This document shows, one piece after another, positions 10,517 through 20,240 of a DNA stretch of 32,000 nt. A program made the translations under genes and the position numbers. Each line of letters starts with the position of its first letter. Within the stretch, counting starts at the first letter, position 1. The DNA comes from Candidatus Saccharimonadota bacterium (GTDB lineage Bacteria; Pseudomonadota; Alphaproteobacteria; Rickettsiales; Anaplasmataceae): assembly GCF_013365495.1 (NCBI RefSeq), contig NZ_CP046580.1, positions 660,001 through 692,000 on the forward strand, given 5' to 3'. A model generated the notes under the pieces. That model ran no database searches. It saw nothing but the letters and a program-made list of their open reading frames with translations, and was not told the origin of the DNA.

Positions 10517-10903
10517 AATTTATATAGCTATATAATTATTAATTTAATTAAATACTTTTTCATTTAGTTAACACTAGCATTAGTATAAAGAATCTATCAA
10601 ATAGAGAAAAACACATATTTTTTTAACTTTTAAATTTTAAATTAATGCTACAATCCTTTGCTGAACTTCTTAAACTAGCATAGCTTAACTAAATATAGAA
10701 AAATCTTTGAAATAATGTGCTTACTATATATTTTATATAATCTTCATTAAAAATAATATCTCAATTTTCTATCAAATTTTAGAACTTAATTCACAGAAAT
10801 TTAGAATTGGAAGCACTTTTCACTTTGAAAGAAAAGCCCATAAAATTCATTCATAATCTTTTATATTATAATTTACATTTTCTACACCAATAACCTATCT
10901 ATA

Positions 10904-11704
10904 CTACCTACTGATATAGTTACTATCAAGATACTCTCTGATCCTCTTCAAATCCTCCCAAGCCAAACGTTTTTGAGCTGGTTGACGAAGTAAATAAGCT
11001 GGATGAAATATAGCAACTGTAGTAATTGAACGAAATAGATACTGGTTAGTATAAATATGAAACTTACCACGTAGGGTTGATATAGTTTTTGTGTTATCAA
11101 GAAGACTATAACATGCAATTCCCCCGACTAAAATTAAAATCTGAGGTGAAATTAACATAATATGTTTTTCAACAAACGGCCTACATATATCAAGTTCTAA
11201 GTCAGTAGGTCTTCTATTACCTGGTGGACGCCAAAATACAACATTACTTATATATACTTTAGTACGATCAAGATTTATCGCACTCAACATTTTATCAAGT
11301 AACATTCCACTTGCACCACAAAATGGTATACCCTGTAGATCTTCATTCACACCTGGAGCTTCACCAATTAACATAATTTTTGCATTTGGATTACCATCAG
11401 AAAAAACAGTATTAGTAGAGGTTTTCTTAATTTCACAACCTTCAAACGACATAACGGCATTTCTTAATTCATCCACCCTATTACAACTGCTTGCAAGATT
11501 CCTCGCTTTAATTATCCAGTCGCTTGAAAACATGAATTGCTGTTCTTTTTTTTGATGACCCCTCTCAACCTGAATAATAGCAGATCGTATGAGTCTATCC
11601 TTTTTTCTATCCTTCATTTTCTTTTCCTCTTCCCCTTCTGTTAAAATACAATCAATACCCTCTTCATGATAAAATTTTAACAATTCTAAATCTTCATCAC
11701 TCAT
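10904..11704 (-). CDS. Uracil-DNA glycosylase, family 4-like, with ~100-aa N-terminal extension
   Basis: Motifs GEAPGVNEDLQGIPFCGASG and FHPAYLLRQP. Its ATG overlaps the def stop (ATGA at 11704-11701). Confidence 0.85.
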   Translation of the reverse strand: MSDEDLELLKFYHEEGIDCILTEGEEEKKMKDRKKDRLIRSAIIQVERGHQKKEQQFMFSSDWIIKARNLASSCNRVDELRNAVMSFEGCEIKKTSTNTVFSDGNPNAKIMLIGEAPGVNEDLQGIPFCGASGMLLDKMLSAINLDRTKVYISNVVFWRPPGNRRPTDLELDICRPFVEKHIMLISPQILILVGGIACYSLLDNTKTISTLRGKFHIYTNQYLFRSITTVAIFHPAYLLRQPAQKRLAWEDLKRIREYLDSNYISR

Positions 11705-12237
11705 AGCTGTCTTTTAACTTTTCGTGCTTTCTTAACAGCCATATCATACTTTAATTTAGACAAATGTCTAATATATAATATACCATTTAAATGATCTATC
11801 TCATGTTGAATACATCTCGCAAGCCAACCACCAGCTTTTAATATTTGTATTTCATCATTCAAATTTTTAAATCTTACAGTCAAATATTTTGAACGTTTAA
11901 TTTCATAATTTTGCTTAGGAATTGAAAGGCATCCTTCCCTAAGAATTACTTGTTCATCAAACAATCCTATAATTTCAGGATTAATCATACAAAATTTACC
12001 AACCAATTCATACTCTACTAACTCACTTTTTTCAACGTCTTCTAATTGAACATCCATAACACAAATTCTCTTTAACACTCCAACTTGCACTGCAGCAAGA
12101 CCAAAACCTTCCGCATCATACATGGTTTCAAACATATTATATACTAATTCTCTAACTTCATTATCTATATCTCTTACTTCACTAGCACATGTAGTTAATC
12201 TTTCATCTGGTGCAATTATAATTGATAATTTAGACAT
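11701..12237 (-). CDS. def: Peptide deformylase
   Basis: Motifs GLAAVQVG, EGCLSIP and QHEIDHLNG. The ORF track starts at 12291. The ATG at 12237 (MSKLSIIIAPDERL) matches the usual Def N-terminus. Confidence 0.93.
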   Translation of the reverse strand: MSKLSIIIAPDERLTTCASEVRDIDNEVRELVYNMFETMYDAEGFGLAAVQVGVLKRICVMDVQLEDVEKSELVEYELVGKFCMINPEIIGLFDEQVILREGCLSIPKQNYEIKRSKYLTVRFKNLNDEIQILKAGGWLARCIQHEIDHLNGILYIRHLSKLKYDMAVKKARKVKRQL

Positions 12238-14165
12238 AAATTTATAATTTTTTTGTTCTACTTTCCCTTTGCCAATATTTAAAAAATACATTAAAATATT
12301 ACTGTATTCTATACAATAGAATAAAAATTATTAAAGTGAATTCAATTTAAATAAATGTAATATTAAAGCCAATCAATATACTCTGCAGAATAGTAAAGCT
12401 AAAAACATTTTTTATTATTAGATATAGTAGAAAGAAATATTTACTTAATCATAAAATCAAGTACAACTAAACTATAAAATAATAGGAATGCACAAAACTG
12501 CCTAAGGTATAAAATAATCAGTAACTGATATAAAACATCACAAATCACTCCATTTCTCCAACTATTAGAAATTTCTTACTAAACAAGCACCAGAAAAAAT
12601 AGGTAACCAAAATATACATACAATGTGCGCACGCTGATGAATAGTATTTAATTTCTCAACGACATACAATGAAATTATTACACTAATCATGAAATTTCTG
12701 ACCAAGATATAAATATATAGTTTTCTTAACATTTAGAATATTTTGCAAAAAAATATCATTCACAATATATTACTAAAATACCATCTGATAACATGACCTA
12801 TATTTTAAAGAGATTGTAATGTATATAAAATAAAAGATTACCTACTGATCTAAATCATTGTCCCACTCCTCATCCAACCTTGCTAATACTAAAAATTGTA
12901 TAATCAATAATGTTTAGGTATAAGCATGGCTGGTTACATTACTTCTACATACTCTAAAGCCCACCCATGTTAAGTTAAAATAAAAAAAAACTGAAATTAC
13001 CCTGCTATCACTAACACAAGAGAGATATATACTCCAGTTGAAATTTTTAAAAAAAGAGAGATAAATTTATATATACACAGCATTATCTCCCCAAAAACCG
13101 TCACAATATTCATACTACCAAAGATAATAGCTAACCTATATATAGAAGATTAGTATAAGTATAGAACTTACAGAACGCATAAAAGTATTATACAGTATTC
13201 ATCATAATCTTAAAATAAAAAAACAAATATATTACAGTATAAAATAATGAAAACTACGACATAACTTCACCAAGTATTAAATACAAGCTTGCTGATATCA
13301 TTTAAACCAAAAGTTAAAAAAATATCAAATTAGTAAAAAACAATTCAGAATAGAAAGAAGCAATCAATAAAGTAGACTACAACAAAAAATCAGTTAACCA
13401 TAAATATAAAAAGAGATTAACAAAGTTATATATATTAAACAAACAAGTTCATAGTTGCCTCCTGATCCTCTTTCTTAAAACTTGCCTTAAGGTTATTGCA
13501 TCTTCGAGAAGATTTAGTTGCTATTATAGCTTTTTATAAAGCTATATATATAGCACCTTGGTGAAAAAATTCTAAAATCCTAATTATGAGCAAAACAAGT
13601 AATTATATCACTAGTAAAAATCAAAAGATGCAGCTAAGCTTTAAATTAAAGTAAGAAAAAATACCTCTCTTTAAGAAAAATAAAGAGGTGTATACATAAT
13701 ATCACCACACAAAATGATATATGTATAAAACTTAAGATTGATATCTAAAAAAAGCAATGACCATAATAGCTAGCGTACTTACTGAAAGTATGCTGACTTC
13801 TTCTAAGATACCAAAACAATTCACTTTCTTTAAATTTTATATCTCCTTAATTATCAATAAGCAACTTTGCTTTATTAATAATCTTTAATATATGCTAAAC
13901 CAATCAGAACCAAAATATCATTAATTCCTAATTGTGCAAGATTCATAATTTTTTAAGGTCCCCCCTCATAATACATTTTCCTACACTGCTCCAAAAACTA
14001 CCTCTAAACCTTGATATCTTACCTACTACTCACATAAAAATTATTTCACTTTTCATATTATAGAATTAAAATAAAAAACTTTACCTATAAAGTAACATAA
14101 ACTTATAAAGCCAATAGCTAAATTTAAAATTCCAACTATAATTTACTTTAATATTTTATTAATTT

Positions 14166-15491
14166 ATGCTAAAAATTGCTATAGTAGGCCTGTCAAATGT
14201 TGGCAAGTCTACTCTATTTAATAGGTTAGTAGGAAAAAAAGCAGCAATAGTTAGTAATATTTCAGGAGTAACAAGAGACAGACATGAAGAAACTGGAAAA
14301 ATTAGCGATCTAAAATTTAAAGTTATAGATACAGGAGGATGGGACAACCAAAGTCATCTCTCATCACAAATTATTGAACAAATTGAATCTTCTTTATCTG
14401 ATTCAAACATAATCTTCTTTCTTGTTGATGCAAAAGTGCAAAATGAACAAAATAAAAAATTTGCAAAATGGCTAAAAAGAAAAACCAACAACCCTATATT
14501 ACTCATAGCAAACAAATGTGAAAGTCATAAATCTAAAAATATTGACTACCTACAATTTTTTGATTTTATAGGTCCAATATATATTTCAGCAGAACACAAT
14601 CTAGGTATGATTGACCTTTACGATGCACTATCTGATACTATTAAAAATTTAAATCTAGATACCGAACTACTAATCAATAAGTCCAGCAAGCTTCGAATTG
14701 CAATAATTGGTCGCCCTAATGTTGGAAAATCAACCTTCTTAAACACTTTACTCGCAAAAAAAAGACTAATAACAAACCCAGAACCAGGAACTACACGTAA
14801 TTCCATAGATATTAAATATAACTATAATGGAGAATTAATTACTTTCATAGATACTGCAGGCATCTACAAAAAAGAAAATATCGTAGACAACCTAGAATCA
14901 AAATTCATTAAGAAAAGCATAGAATCAATAAAACGCTCTCATGTAGCAATTTTAATGCTCGATTCCATTATCGATATGGAGCAACAAAATTTGTCACTGG
15001 GTAAAATTGCAATAAAAGAAGGAAAAGGCATTATCATTGTTTTAAATAAATGGGATTTAATAAATAAAAACGAAAAAAATAAACTAATAAAATTAATAGA
15101 ACAACAAGAAAGAACTCAACTACTATTGGATGTACCAATTATAACAATCTCCGCATTAAAAAGTATACATTGTAACAAGGTGCTAAACAAATGTCTTGAA
15201 GTAAACCAATTCTTAAACAAAAAAATCAGCACTTCAAAATTGAATAAATGGCTAATTAATGCTTTGAATAACCATTCTCACCCACTTGTAAAAGGTAGAA
15301 TAATTAAAATAAAGTACATCGCTCAAACCGGTACTAACCCTCCTGCTTTTTCTTTAATATGCAACATACCTGAAAGTGTTGATAAAAGTTATAAACGCTA
15401 CTTAATCAACGATCTTAGAAAGAATTTCTTTACTAAAGGCATACCAGTAAGATTTCTCTTAAAAAAGAATAAAAACCCTTATGTAAAATAA
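14166..15491 (+). CDS. der: Ribosome-associated GTPase Der/EngA (tandem GTPase domains)
   Basis: Two G domains: GLSNVGKST/DTGG/NKCE and GRPNVGKST/DTAG/NKWD. There is a KH-like C-terminus. Confidence 0.95.
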   Translation: MLKIAIVGLSNVGKSTLFNRLVGKKAAIVSNISGVTRDRHEETGKISDLKFKVIDTGGWDNQSHLSSQIIEQIESSLSDSNIIFFLVDAKVQNEQNKKFAKWLKRKTNNPILLIANKCESHKSKNIDYLQFFDFIGPIYISAEHNLGMIDLYDALSDTIKNLNLDTELLINKSSKLRIAIIGRPNVGKSTFLNTLLAKKRLITNPEPGTTRNSIDIKYNYNGELITFIDTAGIYKKENIVDNLESKFIKKSIESIKRSHVAILMLDSIIDMEQQNLSLGKIAIKEGKGIIIVLNKWDLINKNEKNKLIKLIEQQERTQLLLDVPIITISALKSIHCNKVLNKCLEVNQFLNKKISTSKLNKWLINALNNHSHPLVKGRIIKIKYIAQTGTNPPAFSLICNIPESVDKSYKRYLINDLRKNFFTKGIPVRFLLKKNKNPYVK

Positions 15492-15540
15492 ATATTTTAC
15501 TTTATTCTTCCAAAGGTCTTTATAATAATTACTTTACATT

Positions 15541-16020
15541 ATGTCTAATCACTCTAGAGTTTCTGTAGCCTTTTTATTATCAAGTATCTTTGCTCTAATT
15601 TTTGCATACTCGCTAGAGCATTTTTTTAATATGCTGCCATGCAAACTATGTATATATGAACGGGTAATTTACTATATCACAGGATTACTTGTAACATTGT
15701 ATATGCTTAAGGATAGCAAAATCCTAATCTATACAATGTTTTGTAATTACCTGATAGGTACAGTAATATCTTTTTATCATATAGGCCTTGAATTACATTT
15801 ATTTCATGATATTTTAGGTTGTACAGAAGAAATAATAAGTGGTAGTAACATTAATATGGAAGAGCTCAAAAATAAGCTATTAAATCCTAATTATTCTCCA
15901 TCTTGTGATAGGCCTCATTATATTCTAGGTGCTTCTTTAGCAACATGGAATTTTATTTACCTTATAGCAGCCCTGCTTCTATTGAGAAAAATATATTTGG
16001 GAAGAAACAAAGAAACCTAA
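15541..16020 (+). CDS. dsbB: Disulfide bond formation protein B family membrane protein
   Basis: Four predicted TM segments. The CKLCIYER (CxxC then ER/QR) motif follows TM1, and a second Cys pair (LGCTEE, SPSCD) sits in the second periplasmic loop. Confidence 0.75.
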   Translation: MSNHSRVSVAFLLSSIFALIFAYSLEHFFNMLPCKLCIYERVIYYITGLLVTLYMLKDSKILIYTMFCNYLIGTVISFYHIGLELHLFHDILGCTEEIISGSNINMEELKNKLLNPNYSPSCDRPHYILGASLATWNFIYLIAALLLLRKIYLGRNKET

Positions 16021-16294
16021 AGATGCTACAGTTAGTAAGTAGACTCCAAGCCAATCTTACTGTGAGAAAAAGCAAAAAAAAGAATAATTTTTTTTCATAA
16101 TTTAAAAACTTTTATCAAAGTGAAAGTATATAAAAGCAAAACAGTTATTAGAGCCATGAGAGACTGCAAAAAAATAAGTAGGTAGCCTATCTCTATTATA
16201 CAAAAAACACAAAACTACATGCTAAAATAAAAAAAGTCTCACTGTCTTAAAAAGTATGTTAATTAAGATAATTAAAACTATTTTGAATAAACTT

Positions 16295-16909
16295 ATGAGA
16301 CGCATAATCTCGTTCTTAATATTACAATTAACACTAGTAAGCTGTAGTCTACAAAAACCTGCACCTGTCCTATTAAAAGGAGAAGAATTTTATGGAAAAA
16401 GAGATCTAGAGTATATAAGAGAATACTATTTAATCAAGGAAGAGATTGACTCTTTAATAAGAAAAGAAAATAAAAAAGCTCTAAATAAAATAGACAGAAA
16501 AAATAAAAAAGATACACAAAATATAAAAATTAATTTAGAAAATTGTAAATTTATAATGCCAGTAAAAGGTACAGCTATTTCTTCTGATAAAACATGTAAA
16601 GATGGAATAAAAATCGTTGCTCAAAGTGGAATAAATGTGGTTGCTTCTGCACCTGGTAAAGTAATATACGTAGGAAAAGGACTTAGGTGGTATGGAAATT
16701 TAATTATACTGGAACATAAAGATAATTACATGACTACATATTCCTATTTGAAAAATATAAATGTTGAAATTGGTGATAAAGTAAAACAGGGTCAAATTAT
16801 TGGATCTGCAGGAAAATTAAGTACACAAGATAAAAACTTACAAATGTGCTTCACAATACGACGTAACGGTCAAGCAGTTGATCCTTTGATGCATATCAAC
16901 TGTAATTAA
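16295..16909 (+). CDS. NlpD-like lipoprotein with degenerate LytM (M23) domain
   Basis: MRRIISFLILQLTLVSC lipobox-type signal from the ATG at 16295 (the ORF track starts at 16256). The C-terminal domain PGKVIYVG..WYGNLIILEH..YSYL..GDKVKQGQIIGSAG aligns to M23/LytM. The HxxxD and HxH metal ligands are replaced by KDGIK and LQMCF. Confidence 0.75.
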   Translation: MRRIISFLILQLTLVSCSLQKPAPVLLKGEEFYGKRDLEYIREYYLIKEEIDSLIRKENKKALNKIDRKNKKDTQNIKINLENCKFIMPVKGTAISSDKTCKDGIKIVAQSGINVVASAPGKVIYVGKGLRWYGNLIILEHKDNYMTTYSYLKNINVEIGDKVKQGQIIGSAGKLSTQDKNLQMCFTIRRNGQAVDPLMHINCN

Positions 16910-16921
16910 GTTTAAATTTAT

Positions 16922-19465
16922 ATGAAATATGACTTCAAAAAAAGTGAAAAATCTTTCCAAAACAAGTGGAATTTTTCTATAAACAAGCATAGCAAACAAG
17001 ATAAATGCTATGTATTAGAAATGTTTCCATATCCATCTGGCAAAATTCATATGGGACACTTGCGTAATTATACAATAGGAGATGTAATAGCACGCTATAA
17101 AAGAGCGTGTGGATTTGAAGTTTTACATCCAATCGGCTGGGATGCATTTGGATTACCAGCTGAAAATGCAGCAAGAGAAAATAATATCAATCCCGCAACT
17201 TGGACAAGAGAGAATATAAATAACATGCGCATGCAGCTAAAGTCTATAGGGCTTTCTTACAATTGGGAGCGTGAACTTTCTACATGCGATCCTAATTATT
17301 GCAAACATGAACAAAAAATTTTTTTGGATCTTTTAAAACATGGCCTTATCTATAGAAAAGAGTCATGGATTAATTGGGATCCAGTAGACCAAACAGTACT
17401 TGCAAATGAACAGGTAATCGACGGAAAAGGCTGGCGTTCAGGTGCAACTGTTGAAAAACGTAAATTATGCCAGTGGTTTTTAAAGATTACTGACTTTGCA
17501 GAAGATTTGCTTCAATGCCTACAAAAACTAAAAAATTGGCCAGAAAAAGTTAAAGCAATGCAAGAAAGCTGGATAGGAAAATCTGAAGGAATTACTATAG
17601 AAGTTGAAATAATTAATTTGAATAAAAAGTTAAGAATTTTCACAACTTACCCTCATACTTTATTTGGAGCTTCCTTTTGTGCAATAACAACAGAACATCC
17701 TATTATGGATAATTTAAAAAACAAAAAAATACAAGACTTTATTAAAAGTATAAAAATCAAGGGAGAAAATGATAAAAAAATTGGAATTTTTACTGAATTA
17801 CATATAAAACATCCATTTCTTAATAAAGAATTGCCACTCTATGTAGTCAATTTTATATCGATGGAATATGGAGAAAATGCAATTTTAGGGTGCCCTGCAC
17901 ATAATCAGCGTGATTTTGAGTTTGCACAGAAATACAACTTGCCAATTATTCCTGTAATTCATGAAGAAGGACAAAGTATAGAAACTTTAAAAGGAGCATA
18001 TATCGGTAGTAGTGATGGAGTAATGTTTAATTCTGAATTCTTAAATGGGTTAACGGCCAGTAAAGCAAAAGAAATAATCATTCAAAAACTTGAAGAAAAA
18101 GGAATAGGCAAAAAAACTGTAAACTATCGTTTACACGATTGGGGAATTTCAAGACAACGTTACTGGGGATGTCCTATACCTATTATACATTGCAAAGATT
18201 GTGGTATTGTCCCAGTACCAGAAAAAGACCTTCCTATAGCTCTGCCAACAGATATAGAATTTACAAGCGGTGGCAATCCACTTGACAAACATCCAACATG
18301 GAAATTTGCTGATTGTCCAAAATGCGGAAAACAAATGGAACGTGAAACTGACACACTCGATACCTTCTTTGAATCTTCCTGGTACTTTGCTGCATTTTGT
18401 AGTGAAGACAAATCCATTAACGAAAATGCATGTAATCATTTTATGCCTGTAGATTACTACATAGGTGGAATAGAACATGCCACCTTGCACCTGCTTTACT
18501 CACGATTTTTCTGTCGTGCTTTAACTAAATGTGGTTATTTTAATATCAAAGAACCTTTTTCTACTTTAATCATCCAAGGAATGGTTTGTCATACAACTTA
18601 TAAAAATGAAAATGGTAAATGGCTATTTCCTGAAGAAGCAAAAAAATTAGAAGCCCTAGGTTATAAAATCCAAGTTGGCAAGATTGAAAAAATGAGTAAA
18701 TCAAAAAAAAATATAATCGACCCCAACTTTATTATAGAAAAATACGGTGCAGACACTGCCCGCTTATTTGTACTATCCGATACACCCCCAGAAAAAGATA
18801 TAAAATGGTCAGACGAAGGTATAAAAGGCTGTTCTCACTATATAAATAAATTATGGTGTATGATAATGCAATTCAAACCTATCGTCATCACAAATCAACC
18901 CTCAACAATTCAAGCAATCAACATTAAAAACCAAAAAGAAGACATATTATCATATATTGAAACAACACCAGGTAAAAATACTACAAATAAACTTCTAAAA
19001 CATAGAAAAAAAATGCATAAACTCTTATATGGACTTACTGATGATTTAAAAAACTATAGATTAAATTGTGCAATAGCAAAATTTCGTGAAATGACAAACT
19101 TAATAACCAAAATAGATGTAAAAGATGGAAAATCGCTAATTGATGAAGGCATCTGTATACTAATTAGAGTAATTGAACCGTTTATACCCCACTTAGCAGA
19201 AAGCCTATGGCAAGAAATAGGAGGCAAAGGTATGCTATATCTACAACCTTGGCCAGAAGCTGCCAAGTCACTACTAATTGATGAAATGGTAATTATAGCA
19301 GTACAAATTAATGGAAAATTAAGTGCAACAATTGAGGTAGCAATTGACTTACCTGAAAAAGAATTAAAAAAAATAGCGATAAGCTCTGTATCTAATAAAA
19401 TTGATCAAAATAAAATTCAAGCTATATATACTGTACCAAATAAAATAGTAAACATAGTGGTGTAA
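16922..19465 (+). CDS. leuS: Leucyl-tRNA synthetase
   Basis: 847 aa with PYPSGKIHMGH (HIGH) and KMSKSKKN (KMSKS) motifs and the CP1 editing region. Confidence 0.97.
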   Translation: MKYDFKKSEKSFQNKWNFSINKHSKQDKCYVLEMFPYPSGKIHMGHLRNYTIGDVIARYKRACGFEVLHPIGWDAFGLPAENAARENNINPATWTRENINNMRMQLKSIGLSYNWERELSTCDPNYCKHEQKIFLDLLKHGLIYRKESWINWDPVDQTVLANEQVIDGKGWRSGATVEKRKLCQWFLKITDFAEDLLQCLQKLKNWPEKVKAMQESWIGKSEGITIEVEIINLNKKLRIFTTYPHTLFGASFCAITTEHPIMDNLKNKKIQDFIKSIKIKGENDKKIGIFTELHIKHPFLNKELPLYVVNFISMEYGENAILGCPAHNQRDFEFAQKYNLPIIPVIHEEGQSIETLKGAYIGSSDGVMFNSEFLNGLTASKAKEIIIQKLEEKGIGKKTVNYRLHDWGISRQRYWGCPIPIIHCKDCGIVPVPEKDLPIALPTDIEFTSGGNPLDKHPTWKFADCPKCGKQMERETDTLDTFFESSWYFAAFCSEDKSINENACNHFMPVDYYIGGIEHATLHLLYSRFFCRALTKCGYFNIKEPFSTLIIQGMVCHTTYKNENGKWLFPEEAKKLEALGYKIQVGKIEKMSKSKKNIIDPNFIIEKYGADTARLFVLSDTPPEKDIKWSDEGIKGCSHYINKLWCMIMQFKPIVITNQPSTIQAINIKNQKEDILSYIETTPGKNTTNKLLKHRKKMHKLLYGLTDDLKNYRLNCAIAKFREMTNLITKIDVKDGKSLIDEGICILIRVIEPFIPHLAESLWQEIGGKGMLYLQPWPEAAKSLLIDEMVIIAVQINGKLSATIEVAIDLPEKELKKIAISSVSNKIDQNKIQAIYTVPNKIVNIVV

Positions 19466-19476
19466 AAAATTTAAGT

Positions 19477-19507
19477 AGTATAATTTCATAATTATACTTC
19501 CCTTTTA
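19477..19507 (+). terminator. Weak candidate intrinsic terminator after leuS
   Basis: agtataatt (19477-19485) and aattatact (19490-19498) form a 9-bp stem with a 4-nt loop, starting 12 nt after the leuS stop. This is followed by tcccTTTT. The stem is almost all A-T, so stability is low. Confidence 0.3.
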
Positions 19508-20129
19508 AGAAAATAAAGTTAAATTTATTTATATAAAAGTATGCATATACTCAATACATTTATTTTTCATATAAAAATTACATACAAGTTAATAAAAAAA
19601 GTATATTCTACATACTACTACTTTAATAATACTTACTAATAACTAATACTAATTAGAAATCCATACTCAACAGATTGAAACTTTACTTCTGCCAGTAAAG
19701 TATCTTAATCATAAACTTATCATTATTTTGATTATCATCATAACAAGATTCTAAAGTCCAATTAAGATTTACTAATATATCAATGATATCCTCTATAGAA
19801 TAAAAAACATGAACTAATTTATTAATAAACCACTATTTTCTCAATCTTAATATAAATCTATAATCTAAGTACAAACTCAAATAGATATCTCAAATTATGT
19901 CTTTTTCAAGAATAGCCATAAAAAAACAACTTAATTTTCACACTTATATAAAGCTTCAATATCAACCTTCAAGATAAAGATCATAATCGTTTACCCTCTC
20001 AAACAGAGAACTTAGCTATAACAAAAACTTTTTCAAAACAATTTACACTCTAAAATATATATAGAAAAAGAAAATTTTATATTACACGATCTTTATTACT
20101 TATCTAATTTCCTATCTAACTTATTAAAG

Positions 20130-20202
<73 letters not shown>

Positions 20203-20210
20203 ATCTAGTA

Positions 20211-20240
20211 TATATACAATTACCAACAAATTTTCGTCAA
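20211..20240 (-). promoter_or_regulatory. Candidate sigma70-type promoter for tRNA-Thr
   Basis: On the minus strand: TTGACG (20240-20235), a 17-18 nt spacer, then GTATAT/TATATA (20217-20211). It ends ~8 nt before the tRNA 5' end. Confidence 0.4.

Noticed and set aside
10521-10534. Perfect 14-bp palindrome tatatagctatata just after the guaB stop, as a possible terminator.
   Set aside because: It is all A-T apart from the central GC, leaves essentially no loop, and has no following T-run. It is too weak to call.
12292-14165. Search of the long spacers for tmRNA, RNase P RNA, SRP RNA or extra tRNA signatures (GGTTCGA-type T arms, GAGGAAAGTCC, and similar).
   Set aside because: I found no such motifs outside the two annotated tRNAs. 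This cannot exclude divergent sRNAs without covariance-model searches.
14159-14806. ORFs 14159-14347 (-) and 14618-14806 (-), antisense to der.
   Set aside because: Each mirrors one of the two P-loop regions of der. They are shadow ORFs.
16977-19266. Five ORFs (16977-17174, 18149-18490, 18160-18417, 18270-18452, 19054-19266) inside leuS.
   Set aside because: All are embedded in or antisense to the 847-aa leuS frame, which carries the HIGH/KMSKS motifs. They have no start signals.
20047-20060. 14-mer actctaaaatatat shared with 23724-23737. It could be a dispersed repeat.
   Set aside because: With this base composition and ~8 kb of spacer, a few 14-mer matches are expected by chance. The flanks do not extend the match.
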